From positions 148,164 to 212,163 of the forward strand of contig NW_018408774.1 in the NCBI RefSeq assembly GCF_002113885.1: a stretch of DNA of 64,000 bases, given 5' to 3'. The translations under genes and the position numbers were made by a program. Under the pieces are notes generated by a model, which was given only the letters and a program-made list of their open reading frames with translations, did no database searches and had not been told where the DNA came from. This document shows positions 13,301 through 24,847 of the stretch, piece after piece (the first letter of the stretch is position 1; every line of letters begins with the position of its first letter). This DNA comes from Mizuhopecten yessoensis (taxonomy: Eukaryota).

Positions 13301-16300
13301 AAAGGTCCGGTTAAGAAAACGATACGTAACTGCATTATAATTATTTTTTTAAATGTTTGAGATAAAATCTGACTTTAAATAACAGTATTAAGCTTCACAA
13401 TGTTTCTTTTTGAAGATTATACCAAATATGAGATACTGTTCATGTGTCGTAATTTATTTTTGTGGATACAATTTCAATGGCCAATAAACTCAATAATGTC
13501 AAATGTCAATTAAATAATTTAATTCAATAAAGTACTTTAACTGTAATTGATACGGTGGATCAATTATGGTTTCTTAGCAGATGACTTAGATGAATCCCCC
13601 CCCCCCCCCCTAAGTGTCATCATTAAATATACAACGAGCAATGGTCGATGAATCACCTCATTATTAGTATTGACGTCATTTCTGTCTGGGAAAAAGTCAA
13701 ACTTTTAGCTATAATTCTGATAAAATCTAGATAATGTTTTCTGTCTTGTATACAAACAGAAAAGTAAAGGATTTATTTAAAAAATGATATTGTGCAGTTA
13801 AGTTTTGTGGGGGTTCACATGAATTTTGTTGAGTTTTGTTATCTTCTCTGTTCTTATTGTTGTCTTCTCTGTTCCTATTGTTGTCTTCTCTGTTCCTATC
13901 GTTGTCTTCTCTGTTCCTATTGTTGTCTTCTCTGTTCCTATTGTTGTCTTCTCTGTTCCTATTGTTATCTTCTCTGTTCCTATTGTTATCTTCTCTATTC
14001 CTATTGTTATCTTCTCTGTTCATATTGTTGTCTTCTCTGTTCCTATTGTTGTTTTCTCTGTTCCTATTGTTTTCCTCTCTGTTCCTATTGTTGTCTTCTC
14101 TGTTCCTATTGTTATCTTCTCTGTTCCTATTGTTATCTTCGCTGTTCCCATTGTTGTCTTCTCTGTTCCTATTGTTGTCTTCTCTGTTCCTATTGTTGTC
14201 GCCTTCTCTGTTCCTATCGTTGTCTTCTCTGTTCCTATTGTTGTCTTCTCTGTTCCTTTTGTTGTCTTCTCTGTTCCTATTGTTATCTTCTCTGTTCCTA
14301 TTGTTATCTTCTCTGTTCCTATTGTTATCTTCTCTATTCCTATTATTATCTTCTCTGTTCCTATTGTTGTCTTCTCTGTTCCTATTGTTGTTTTCTCTGT
14401 TCCTATTGTTGTCTTCTCTGTTCCTATTGTTTTCTTCTCTGTTCCTATTGTTGTCTTCTCTGTTCCTATTGTTATCTTCGCTGTTCCCTTTGTTGTCTTC
14501 TCTTTCCTATTGTTGTCTTCTCTGTTCCTATTGTTGTCGCCTTCTCTGTTCCTATTGTTGTCTTCTCTGTTCCTATCGTTGTCTTCTCTGTTCCTATTGT
14601 TGTCTTCTCTGTTCCTATTGTTGTCTTTTCTGTTCCTTTTGTTGTCTTCTCTGTTCCTATTGTTATCTTCGTTGTTCCTATTGTTATCTTCTCTGTTCTT
14701 ATTGCTATCTTCTCTGTTCCTATTGTTGTCGTCTTCTCTGTTCCTATTGTTGTCTTCTCTGTTCCTATTGTTGTCTTCTCTGTTCCTATTGTTGTCTTCT
14801 CTGTTCCTATTGCTATCTTCTCTGTTCCTTTTGTCGTCTTCTCTGTTCCTTTTGTTGTTTTCTCTGTACCTATTGTTGTCTTCTCTGTTCCTATTGTTAT
14901 CTTCTCTGTTCCTTTTGTCGTCTTCTCTGTTCCTTTTGTTGTTTTCTCTGTACCTATTGTTATCTTCTCTGTTCCTATTGTTGTCGTCTTCTCTGTTCCT
15001 ATTGTTGTGTTATCTGTTCCTATTGTTGTGTTCTCTGTTCCTATTGTTATCTTCTCTGTTCCTATTGTTGTCTTCTCTGTTCCTACGTTGTCTTCTCTGT
15101 TCCTATTGTTGTCATGTACTTTTTGTGTTGCCTGATATAAAGTTTCCCAAACGAGTTTGTGGATTTGTTGCTTTTACTTTTGACTTTTGTCATTGGTAAT
15201 ATTGTCTGGATACTAATGGCATCTCACATGCACATCAGTGTTTCATTCTCATGGCCGTAGTGGCTTATAATAGATCGACATGTTTATGGTTGGTCGCCAC
15301 GGTGATGAGAACGGTTCTTCTTTATGTCAGTTTTTGCCCAAGCTTGGTATGAAGGTGCATTATTGCACTGTAAATTCTTTTCGGTGGACCATTTGCGACT
15401 ACAAGGGATTTATTTTTATTTGACTTCCATTTCAGATAAATCTTGTAACTATTATTATTTGTTCCGCATGACGGTTTATGGACTTTTCTCAAAACCTAAT
15501 GAAAGGATACGTTTGAAACCTTTCGTAGACATTGGTTGACATGTGTAGCTTTGCGTAACATGTTCCATGTGTATGACCGTCAAGACCTCTGATTGATTGA
15601 CATATTTATATGTCTACGCCAGGGTGATGCGACTAGTCCCTCTCTGTGTTTTGGTGTCTCCTTGTTCCTGTCTTTGTCCCTCCTTTTGTTTCGATGTCTC
15701 CTTTGTTCCTGTCCTTGTTTTTTTTCTTTTGCTTTGGTGTTTCCTCTGTTTCTGTTTTTCTTTGTTTTTCCTTCGATGTCTCCTCTGTTTCTGTCCTTGT
15801 TTTTTTCTTTTGCTTCAGTATCTCCTTGTTTTTTGTTGTTGTCCTCTCCCCATTCGCTGTGGTGTATCATCTGTTCCTCGTGTTGTATTTTATCTAGACT
15901 TTGACTAATGTGATTTTACCCTGGTAGGTAGACAATCTGGCACCTTTTGATTCCAATTACACTGAAATAAGCATTATGCTCTAGACGTGATAATTGATGG
16001 ATTGAATAATGACTGTTATTAAATATATTTATCATTTGTTGGCATTGAGTATCCATACTAATTTTATAAATTAAAATCAGTAACTTCAAAAATATCAGCA
16101 AACTATTAGATAAGACTGAAGGTCGTTTTTTGTTAAAGGAAACTTGCGGCGGATACATGATACAAGTTAATATTTGTGTAGAGTTACAAAAACAAATCCT
16201 AACATATAACAAACAGTACTTAATCAAGTAGGGACCTTTGTAGTGACATTGTAGGGACCATCGTAGTAACATTGTCGGGTCCTTTGTAGTAACATTGTAG

Positions 16301-19300
16301 GGACCTTTGTAGTAACATTGTAGGGACCATCGTAGTGACATTGTAGGGACCTTTGTAGTAACATTGTAGGGACCTTTGTAGTAACATTGTAAGGACCATC
16401 GTAGTAACATTGTAGGGACCTTTGTAGTAACATTGTAGTAACATTGCAGTAACATTGTAGGGACCTTCGTAGTAACATTGTAGGGACCTTTGTAGCAACA
16501 TTGTAGGGACCTTTGTAGTAACATTATAGAGACCTTTGTAGTGACATTGTAGAGACCTTTGAAGTAACATTGTCGGGACCTTTGTAGTAACATTGTAGTA
16601 ACATTGTAGGGACCTTTGCAGTTACATTGTAGGGACCTTTGTAGTAACATTGTCGGGACCTTTGTAGTAACATTGTAGTAACATTGTAGGGACCTTTGCA
16701 GTTACATTGTAGGGACCATTGTAGTAACATTGTAGGGACCTTTGTAGTAATATTATAGAGACCTTTGTAGTGACATTGTAGAGACCTTTGTAGTAACATT
16801 GTAGGGACCTTTGAAGTAGCATTGTAGGGACCTTTGTAGTAACATTGTAGGGACCATTGTAGTAACACTGTAGGGACCATTGTAGTAACATTATAGAGAC
16901 CTTTGTAGTAACATTGTAGTAACATTGTAGAGACCTTTGCAGTAACATTATAGGGACCTTTGTAGTAACATTGTAGGGACCTTTGTAGTAACATTGTAGG
17001 GACCTTTGCAGTAACATTGTAAATATGATCTTGAATTTTAATAGGATCATTATTTCCTGTTGTTTTGAAGTCTCGGCTTTAAAAAAATATCTTTTTTTTC
17101 TTTGGTTGACGTAATGGTGTCTTTTCTACTTTTCAAGGAGTTGCTCCAGTAGACATATTAATTACAACACGTGTATCCATACTTTTCCTCGTTTCACTAG
17201 CCGCCTTCCATACCTCAACATATCTCAAAGCCCTCCTCCCCCATACCTTTTTTTCTTAACAATTATTTCATAGATTTCTATGCCTCCCTCCATACAATGT
17301 CCAACCCCTTTATAATGCCGAAATTTCTTCAGACAAATGATGACAGTATAACAGGATTTTACTGCAAACATTTTCCTACGTAAATACAGAACAAAAACAC
17401 CACAGCGTCAGCACAAAAGGAAAACAATAAGGAGAAAATAAACGAGAAGGCACAAAAGGAAACCAGCTCTAAATAAGTAAATGTTCGCACTCAATGTTAC
17501 TCATTTCCTCTAGACTTTACCATTTGTCTAGACTTTAGATTTTCTCTTGACTTTGCCTTTACTTTAGACTTTAACTTTACTCTAGACTTTATACTTTACT
17601 TTAGACTTTCCTTTTCCTCTAGATTTTAGATTTTTCTCTAGATTTTACCTTTTCTTTAGTCTTTACTTTTCCTCTAGTCTTGACCTTTTTTTAGACTTTA
17701 CCTTTTCTCTAGGGTTGACCTTTTCTTAGACTTTACCTTTCCTCCAGACTTTAGATTTTTCTCTAGACTTGACCTTTTCTTTAGACTTTACCTTTCCTCT
17801 AGTCTTTATACTTTACCTTTCCTCTAGGCTTTATACTGTACCTTTCCTCTAGTCTTTATACTGTACCTTTCCTCTAGTCTTTATACTGTACCTTTCCTCT
17901 AGTCTTTATACTTTACCTTTCCTCTAGTCTTTATACTTTACCTTTCCTCTAGTCTTTATACTGTACCTTTCCTCTAGTCTTTATACTTTACCTTTCCTCT
18001 AGACTTTATACTGTACCTTTCCTCTTGTCTTTATACTGTACCTTTCCTCTAGTCTTTATACTTTACATTTCCTCTAGACTTTATACTGTACCTTTCCTCT
18101 AGTCTTTATACTGTACCTTTCCTCTAGTCTTTATACTTAACCTTTCCTCTGGTCTTTATACTTAACCTTTCCTCTAGTCTTTATACTTTACCTTTCCTCT
18201 AGACTTTATACTGTACCTTTCCTCTAGATTTTATACTGTACCTTTCCTCTAGTCTTTATTCTGTACCTTTCCTCTAGTCTTTATACTGTACCTTTCCTTT
18301 AGACTTTATACTGTACCTTTCCTCTAGACTTTATACTGTACCTTTCATCTAGTCTTTATACTGTACCTTTCCTCTAGTATTTATACTGTACCTTTCCTCT
18401 AGTCTATATACTGTACCTTTCCTCTAGTCTTTATACTGTACCTTTCCTCTAGACTTTATACTGTACCTTTCCTCTAGTCTTTATACTGTACCTTTCCTCT
18501 GGACTTTATACTGTACCTTTCTTCTAGTCTTTATACTTTACCTTTCCTCTTGTCTTTATACTGTACCTTTCCTCTAGTCTATATACTGTACCTTTCCTCT
18601 AGTCTTTATACTGTACCTTTCCTCTAGACTTTATACTGTACCTTTCCTCTAGTCTTTATACTGTACCTTTCCTCTAGTCTTTATACTGTACCTTTCCTCT
18701 AGTCTTTATACTGTACCTTTCCTCTAGTCTTTATACTGTACCTTTCCTCTTGTCTTTATACTGTACCTTTCCTCTAGACTTTATACTGTACCTTTCCTCT
18801 AGTCTTTATACTGTACCTTTCCTCTAGTCTTTATACTGTACCTTTCCTCTAGTCTTTATACTGTACCTTTCCTCTAGTCTTTATACTGTACCTTTCCTCT
18901 AGTCTTTATACTGTACCTTTCCTCTAGTCTTTATACTGTACCTTTCCTCTAGTCTTTATACTGTACCTTTCCTCTAGTCTTTATACTGTACCTTTCCTCT
19001 AGTCTTTATACTGTACCTTTCCTCTAGTCTTTATACTGTACCTTTCCTCTAGTCTTTATACTGTACCTTTCCTCTAGTCTTTATACTGTACCTTTCCTCT
19101 AGTCTTTATACTGTACCTTTCCTCTAGTCTTTATACTGTACCTTTCCTCTAGTCTTTATACTGTACCTTTCCTCTAGTCTTTATACTGTACCTTTCCTCT
19201 AGTCTTTATACTGTACCTTTCCACTAGTCTTTATACTTTACCTTTCCTCTAGTCTTTATACTTTACCTTTCCTCTAGACTTTATACTGTACCTTTCATCT

Positions 19301-21206
19301 AGTCTTTATACTGTACCTTTCCTCTTGTCTTTATACTGTACCTTTCCTCTAGACTTTATACTGTACCTTTCCTCTAGTCTTTATACTGTACCTTTCCTCT
19401 AGTTGTAGGTAGATCAATGTCCCAGTCAGCACCAGACATCAGACAAGTCACCCCCTTCCCACCACAGACAACACGTCGACCCACAGTTTTCCCGAATAAG
19501 CTGAAGACAAGGGGCCATGCATGTGTGGTACATGGTTACTTCAACATTCACGACGAGAAAGCTATAGAAGACGCCAAGAAGAGGCTGGAGACTGATGGGG
19601 AGGTAAACTAAACTTCGTACGAAAACAATCGTTTCTTGAGAGCAGCCCGAATCCTATATTTAACATTCGTATTGCCCAAAGAACGGACATGTACGTCGAA
19701 ACTGGTTGGGATTAGAGAACTAGCGCGTGAAAGATGTGCTCCGGGGAAGAAATTAGTTTCTGGTCTGTCCTGCCACAAAATCTCATTCTGTACAAGATAT
19801 CTTATATAGCAACGATATTTCAACTATATAAAATATCTTAAATTAAATAAGATGCCTTATAAAGTATACGAGATAATGTATATATTATATAATACTTGGA
19901 TTGCCGTAAACATAGTTTGATTTACTCCCAGGGTAAGGATAAATAATCGTTTCGCTGTGAATGACTTGTTTTCATTTTAAATCTGGTTCTAGGACGGAAA
20001 CTGGCTGGTGACGTTAGCAATAAGACAGCCAATGCACTCCATTTGTCTCCACGTTCGGCTACAAAACAAGACCAACTCATTTCCCATCAACAACCTCAAA
20101 GGCGAAAGGATCAGCATCGATACGACAAACAAAAAGGTAGAAATACAAATTTAGCCATTATTGGCCAAGTTATAACTTAATGGTTTGTTTTATGTCATCT
20201 CCCTCACCGCAACCAACTTTATATTGCTCTTTTTATTTACATTTACTTGAAAAGTGTCCCTCAAAATGTCGCTAATACCAACATCAAATTGCTATGCAGA
20301 ATGCAATGAGTGCAATTTAAATATATAACAAACACAGCGCAAGTTATACCTTTTTTCTGGCATACGGATTCTCCGTTATTAGTCCCCCATCGGTTCCCGG
20401 GGGGGAGGGACTATAATTTTGCGCTCCATCCGTCCGTCCGTCCGAGAAGTTTTTCCGGGGCGTAACACCTTTATTATTTCACCTGGAGTAACCAGATTTG
20501 GTGTACAAGGACATCTTGGTATGGCGGAGTACGGAGTGCATAATAAAGGTCACTATGACCTCACTGTGATCTATGCTTTGACCTTTGACCTTTACTTTTG
20601 AAAATGTTTGCCCGGGTCATATATTCTACATTATTTCATCTGGAGTTACCAGATTTGGTGTACAATAACATCTTGGGATGGCGGAGTGTGAAGTATGACT
20701 TGACCTTTGACCTTTAAGTTTTAAAAAGTTTGTCTGGGGCATAACTTCTATACTATTTTACTTGGAGTAACCAGATGGTGTTCAAGGAAATCTTGGGATG
20801 GCGGAGTGCAAGAAGTAGGTCACTGTGGCCTCACTATGACCTATGCTTCCGGACATGAATGTACTTTCGTTAAATATAGAAAGCATCACCGGTGGGGGAC
20901 TATGGATTGCCTTGTTGTAAAAAAGGCTTAAACACAAATGACTTGTTTCTTGCTCATAACTCATATTTCTTTATTATTTCCAATCAGAAATCACATGTAA
21001 CTGACACCATATTCAACTTCATCAATGTATGTTTTGTACTTTTATGTATTATTTTCCAGTCGTTTAAGTGTCTCTGTAAGCTGATCAACTATTACACAGT
21101 GAAGAAAACCTTACCTAACCAGAAAGTCAAGCTGGCTAAGGCTTTTCAACTACAGCAGCGAGGGAGTGGAGTGTATGACTCCTGTACCGAAGTGTCACAT
21201 CTCTGA
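1334..21206 (+). CDS. Uncharacterised multi-exon adaptor-like protein (~603 aa): disordered Tyr/Pro-rich N-terminus with RHIM-like motif, C-terminal degenerate SH2 domain
   Basis: Phase-consistent GT-AG exon chain: 1334-1841, 4082-4272, 5336-5393, 7099-7154, 7384-7840, 8671-8687, 11214-11247, 19403(or 19409)-19602, 19993-20136, 21060-21206 (1812 nt, stop TGA). ATG 1334 has aaccATGg context and an in-frame upstream TAA. The last three exons read HGYFNIHDEKAIEDAKKRLETDGE-DGNWLVTLAIRQPMHSICLHVRLQNKTNSFPINNLKGERISIDTTNKK-SFKCLCKLINYYTVKKTLPNQKVKLAKAF, matching the SH2 pattern (A..LL...DG.FLVR...F..L..LI.YY...L...L). The acceptor at 4081 (AAG) is the weakest junction. Confidence 0.65.
2377..3472 (+). 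mobile_element. SINE-like dispersed repeat carrying an internal 45-bp minisatellite
   Basis: Both flanks of the array align with the reverse complement of 46919-47372, including the 3' tail ggacgttaaacaaaataaaa(g/c)caaacca. Confidence 0.7.
2465..3181. repeat. 45-bp GC-rich minisatellite, ~16 copies
   Basis: Unit ggtagggtaggcaat(t/g)ggttctgtccccaggccgggccataccaa, seen as 15-aa periodicity in the overlapping ORFs. Confidence 0.95.
3576..3863 (+). mobile_element. tRNA-headed SINE (CORE-SINE-like), copy with internal deletion
   Basis: A box tagtttagtggta, B box ggttcgagtc and (ATT)n tail. Near-identical to 56057-56406. Confidence 0.8.
4292..4540 (-). mobile_element. TRIM (miniature non-autonomous LTR retrotransposon) with a tRNA-like sequence in its LTR (Helenus-like)
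   Basis: On the - strand: truncated 5' LTR ending TGTTACA (4540-4506), PBS TGGCGCCCAACG complementary to the tRNA-Lys 3' end (4503-4492), short internal region, polypurine tract AAAGGAAGGAGGAA (4433-4420), then a complete 128-bp LTR TGTAGCG...TGTTACA (4419-4292). Confidence 0.8.
4316..4387 (-). pseudogene. tRNA-like cloverleaf (anticodon AGA, short variable loop) inside the TRIM LTR
   Basis: gaccaga TAGCTCAATTGGTTGAGCG tccgt CTAGAGT tcgga AGGTC CCGGG TTCGAAC CCCGG tctggcc has A and B boxes and all four stems, with single mismatches in the acceptor and anticodon stems. It lacks the long variable arm of a real tRNA-Ser. Confidence 0.7.
5690..5916. repeat. ~36-bp degenerate tandem repeat, ~6 copies
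   Basis: Recurring ttgtccaatcttta(t/a)agacaatattacttcggtca. Confidence 0.8.
6409..7038. repeat. Minisatellite with ~28-bp alternating subunits (~57-bp dimer)
   Basis: agtaacataacagcctccccttctcatt alternates with (a/t)taacacacaaacctcctctccgtact. Confidence 0.9.
8980..9220. mobile_element. Foldback/MITE-like inverted repeat
   Basis: Nested arms: gacaagagtttt/aaactcttgtc, cgatttctcctctttaga/tctaaagaggagaaatcg and ttattcatgttgacaggacaaca/tgttgtcctgtcaacatgaataa. Confidence 0.7.
9441..9812. mobile_element. MITE-like element with duplicated right end
   Basis: TIR tacatagtcagacca / tggtctgactatgta, with a 79-bp direct duplication (9652-9730, 9731-9809) that includes the right TIR. Confidence 0.55.
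13836..15113. repeat. 21-bp pyrimidine-rich minisatellite, ~60 copies
   Basis: Unit ttgttgtcttctctgttccta. Confidence 0.97.
16227..17021. repeat. 23-bp minisatellite, ~34 copies
   Basis: Unit gtagggacctttgtagtaacatt. Confidence 0.95.
17505..19402. repeat. 25-bp minisatellite (~64 regular copies plus a degenerate 5' part) ending at a 3' splice site
   Basis: Unit tctttatactgtacctttcctctag. The last unit abuts the exon at 19403. Confidence 0.97.
19403..21206 (+). CDS. SH2-like domain exons of the + strand adaptor gene (19403-19602, 19993-20136, 21060-21206)
   Basis: Three exons join in phase 0 with canonical sites. The translation follows SH2 secondary-structure spacing: DGNWLVT at the FLVR position and F..L..LINYY at alpha-B. 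Confidence 0.75.
20376..20912 (+). mobile_element. Non-autonomous Helentron/HINE-like element
   Basis: Subterminal inverted repeat gtcccccatcgg (~20382) / ccggtgggggac (~20889), a (TCCG)n microsatellite, and ~3 internal repeats containing ggagt(a/t)accagat. Confidence 0.55.
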
Positions 21207-21774
21207 CCACCCATGTAATGAAGTGTCACATCTCTGATCACTCCTGTACCGAAGTGTCAGATCTCTGATCACCCCTGTACCGAAGTGTCACATATCTGAT
21301 CACTCCTGTACCGAAGTGTCACATCTCTGATCACTCCTGTACCGAAGTGTCACATCTCTGACCACTCCTGTACCGAAGTGTTACATCTCTGATCACTCCT
21401 GTACCGAAGTGTCACATCTTTGATCACTTCTGTACCGAAGTGTCACATCTCTGATCACTCCTGTACCGAAGTGTCACATCTCTGATCACTCCTGTACAGA
21501 AGTGTCACATCTCTGATCAATCCTGTACCGAAGTGTCACGTCTCTGATCACTCCTGTACCGAAGTGTCACATCTCTGAGCACTCCTGTACCGAAGTGTCA
21601 CATCTCTGATCACTCCTGTACCGAAGTGTCACATCCCTGATCACTGCTGTACAGAAGTGTCACATCTCTGATCACTCCTGTACCGAAGTGTCACATCTCT
21701 GATCACTCCTGTACCGAAGTGTCACATCTCTGATCACTGCTGTACAGAAGTGTCACGTCTCTGATCACTCCTGT
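21178..21774. repeat. 31-bp minisatellite, ~19 copies, beginning in the last codons of the SH2 gene
   Basis: Unit actcctgtaccgaagtgtcacatctctgatc. The first unit encodes SCTEVSHL-stop. Confidence 0.95.
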
Positions 21775-22265
21775 GTGACGCGTGCCTCTCAGAGCGGCAT
21801 GTTTTCAGTTTTCTGTTATCAAATGAGACTATGAAAACTTCAAAAATATTTCCTTCCTTTTTTTTTGATAATCTATTTTCTTAGAATTTTAAAACATTTT
21901 TTGGGAATTTTGCCAAAAGCTATGAGAGATTTACAGTGAAACCTGTTTAATTCGACCTTACGGGAGATTGATTGACATAATGATCAGATATGAGAGGATG
22001 CCAGAATACACAGGTATTAATTGTCAGTTTTAATGTTAAATAGGATTACAGGCTTACATGAGATCAGACAGGCGGTCAGGCTACTCAAGGATGTATTAGA
22101 AAACATTAGATGGTGTGTTGTAATACCTAGAGGTCGTACTAGACAGGGTGTCAGAATAACCAGGGTATGTTTTGTGCAGTGTCAGGTTAGACAGGTTTCA
22201 TTGTATTGTTACTACAAACTCGTAAGAGTTGGGCGAGTGGATACAGCTTTGTAAAATAGTTTACT

Positions 22266-22496
22266 TCTCCCGTGGGAGTTAGAGGTTATTGAGTACAGGG
22301 AGACAATCAAATCTCCCGTGGGAGTTAGAGGTTATTGAGTACAGGGAGACAATCAAATCTCCCGTGGGAGTTAGAGGTTATTGAGTGCAGGGAGACAATC
22401 AAATCTCCCGTGGGAGTTAGAGGTTATTGAGTACAGGGAGACAATCAAATCTCCCGTGGGAGTTAGAGGTTATTGAGTACAGGGAGACAATCAAAT
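22266..22496. repeat. 46-bp tandem repeat, 5 copies
   Basis: Unit tctcccgtgggagttagaggttattgagtacagggagacaatcaaa. Confidence 0.95.
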
Positions 22497-24328
22497 GTTT
22501 ATTATCGATACATCCGAACATACAGGAGGCACACGAATCTTAACGCTATATGGTATGAATTGACACTGTATATATGATTTTGTTATACAGCCGTTATTTC
22601 AACAAGGCTACCCAAATTCGATCCCCTGTATGGGACACATGTCCGATCACGTGGGATTTCTCCGGGTTGTAGGGTAACCCTGTTTTCTCCCACATCCATG
22701 TTGATACTTAGGCTATTTAGAAACCAAATTATGCTGTGCCAACATCCTTACACTCCCCCATTGTTTTGTAAAATTTCATGAATATTATTTGTATATTGCG
22801 TGTCATAAATTTCACAAACTGCCTTTTTTGTAATCATTCACGAGGATAATTCGCACTTCATATCTTAGGTTTAATCTTTAAAAATATGTCTACGTGTACC
22901 TGAATTTTACATTAACGCAAATATTCACAATTACTTGTACAGCATTAAAGACTAACAGGTAGGTCTCCTCTATCAAGGGAATTGGGGGTTGGCTGTAAAA
23001 AGGAAATTGTAATGATATATGTGTGTTTACACAGGCTGTTAATAGGTAATAGGGAAAGAAAGCGTAGCTTATTTTCATGTATTTAACCTTTGCGTATGAT
23101 ATCCGTCCGCCAAACTGTTTCATGATCTATACAACGGAGAAATAACGTTTGACTTGAGCGAGTGTTCTTGGTTACTCCGTGTCAGATCTCGACATAGCGT
23201 CATGTATATGATGTTAAATCCATTGTCTGCATCAAGTTTAGTGTAATTTGTTTATCAAATAAAGATAAAGAGCTTTGCTGGATTCAACACTTTTCCTTAA
23301 ATAAGTAAATATACCGGAAGCTTTTTGTTTGACAGTACTTACACTTGCCTATTAATCTACAAATCGCTTGTTTTATTTTATTCATTATGTTCCCTCTTCG
23401 CCAATTTCAGCAACACTTCCATATCTCAGCAAGTTCTTTGTTTTCATTTCAGCCCCCCCCCCCCCCAACCCCATCCCAAATGACATTTTCATGCCATTTC
23501 GTACCTGTACAGCCCTATTTCACCAACATTTTAATTAATAAAAAAGCAATTAACTGATTTTATCAAAACACTTTTTGATACATTTTTAATGTGCCAGTAT
23601 CTTTACTAATTTTATCATGATATGAGTGTGTACATTATACAATGTAACGCGTTTTACACATATTACATGTTTGTTGCTCAATCTTTGGCTTTGGCACCTT
23701 TCGTGTACTTGAATACTAGACCGAAAATTTTAGTATCTAAAACTGTTATTACTTATAAAATATTCACGTTTAAGGTCACTTTTATTTATTTATTTATGAA
23801 TTACACTTTTGTGTTAAAATAAGTTTCTCTTTGAAACGGGGATAATTAATTTATTATACAGGTTTTGTGATATTTTAGAAGCTGAAATGTTCGGTCCAGT
23901 AAAGGCTGCTGTCACCACAGGGACCAGGTTTAGGACACACTATGTTTGTTGAGAGAGTTACTAATGTTTAGAAAGAATTGGACGTTGTAAAAAAAACCAC
24001 CTCAATGATGGTGTCAAATCATGTCCCTGCTATCAAAATATATTAACGCATCATGTTTTCCCGGTTGATTTGTTACGAAAAGAGGTATGATACAATTAAT
24101 TTGTTGTCAGTTGTAAACCGTGACTGTGGTAGCTAGTTGTCGGTCTAGGCTACTTCTGAACATATTTGAGGTCAGTAGACAACCAAATATGATATGGCAG
24201 CTTGTATGTATTCTTATAAACGTTGTATAAGCACTACAACAAAATAAAGGCTTCCGTATATCCTTAAGTTGTCCTTTGTTATTTCTGTTCAGAGTTTTTA
24301 TTTGAGTATGAAAATAATTATCTTGAAG

Positions 24329-24420
24329 TTAACTCATTCACCCCTGAAATTTCATAATGAGCTATTCCAACACACGAATTGGAGGAGTTCAAATGTGTCT
24401 TCAGGGGTGAATGAGTTTAA
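24329..24420. mobile_element. ~90-bp MITE flanked by TTAA
   Basis: TIR actcattcacccctgaa / ttcaggggtgaatgagt. An inverted second copy lies at 27229-27319. Confidence 0.7.
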
Positions 24421-24687
24421 GGTCATTGATATTGTGAAAGTTGCAGTAGTTTATCTTGGGAACCTACAGGTTAAAATTAGCCCTAGGCCATATGGTATGG
24501 TGGAAGATTCCTAATAGTTCTTCTTAAAATAGGTCAAGGTCATTGATATGAGGGCTTCATAGCACTAGCCAAAAATCAGGTCCCGTTTTCACGCTCAAAC
24601 TCAGGTTCTGTGCTCAAATCCAGTACCTAAATCCAGGGATAAATTTATAACTAACACAATGTCATTAATCCGGAAAAATGCTCGAGA

Positions 24688-24847
24688 CATTTCAAGCCGA
24701 ATGTAATTTAAGATGTTGCATTTCGAGCCGAATGTAATTTAAGATGTTGCATTTCGAGCCGAATGTAATTTAAGATGTTGCATTCCAAGCCGAATGTAAT
24801 TTAAGATGTTGCATTTCAAGCCGAATGTAATTTAAGATGTTGCATTT
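24688..24847. repeat. 31-bp tandem repeat, 5 copies
   Basis: Unit catttc(g/a)agccgaatgtaatttaagatgttg. Confidence 0.9.

Noticed and set aside
13727-15199. 434-457-aa Cys/Leu/Val-rich ORFs
   Set aside because: Translations of the stop-free 21-bp minisatellite, open in several frames, with no protein signal.
15916-17050. MLLQRSLQCYYKGPYNVTTK repeat ORFs
   Set aside because: 23-bp minisatellite read in rotating frames.
17274-17379. Possible additional adaptor exon (DFYASLHTMSNPF...)
   Set aside because: Its only plausible donor gives phase 2, incompatible with the phase-1 acceptor at 19403/19409. It cannot be supported without transcripts.
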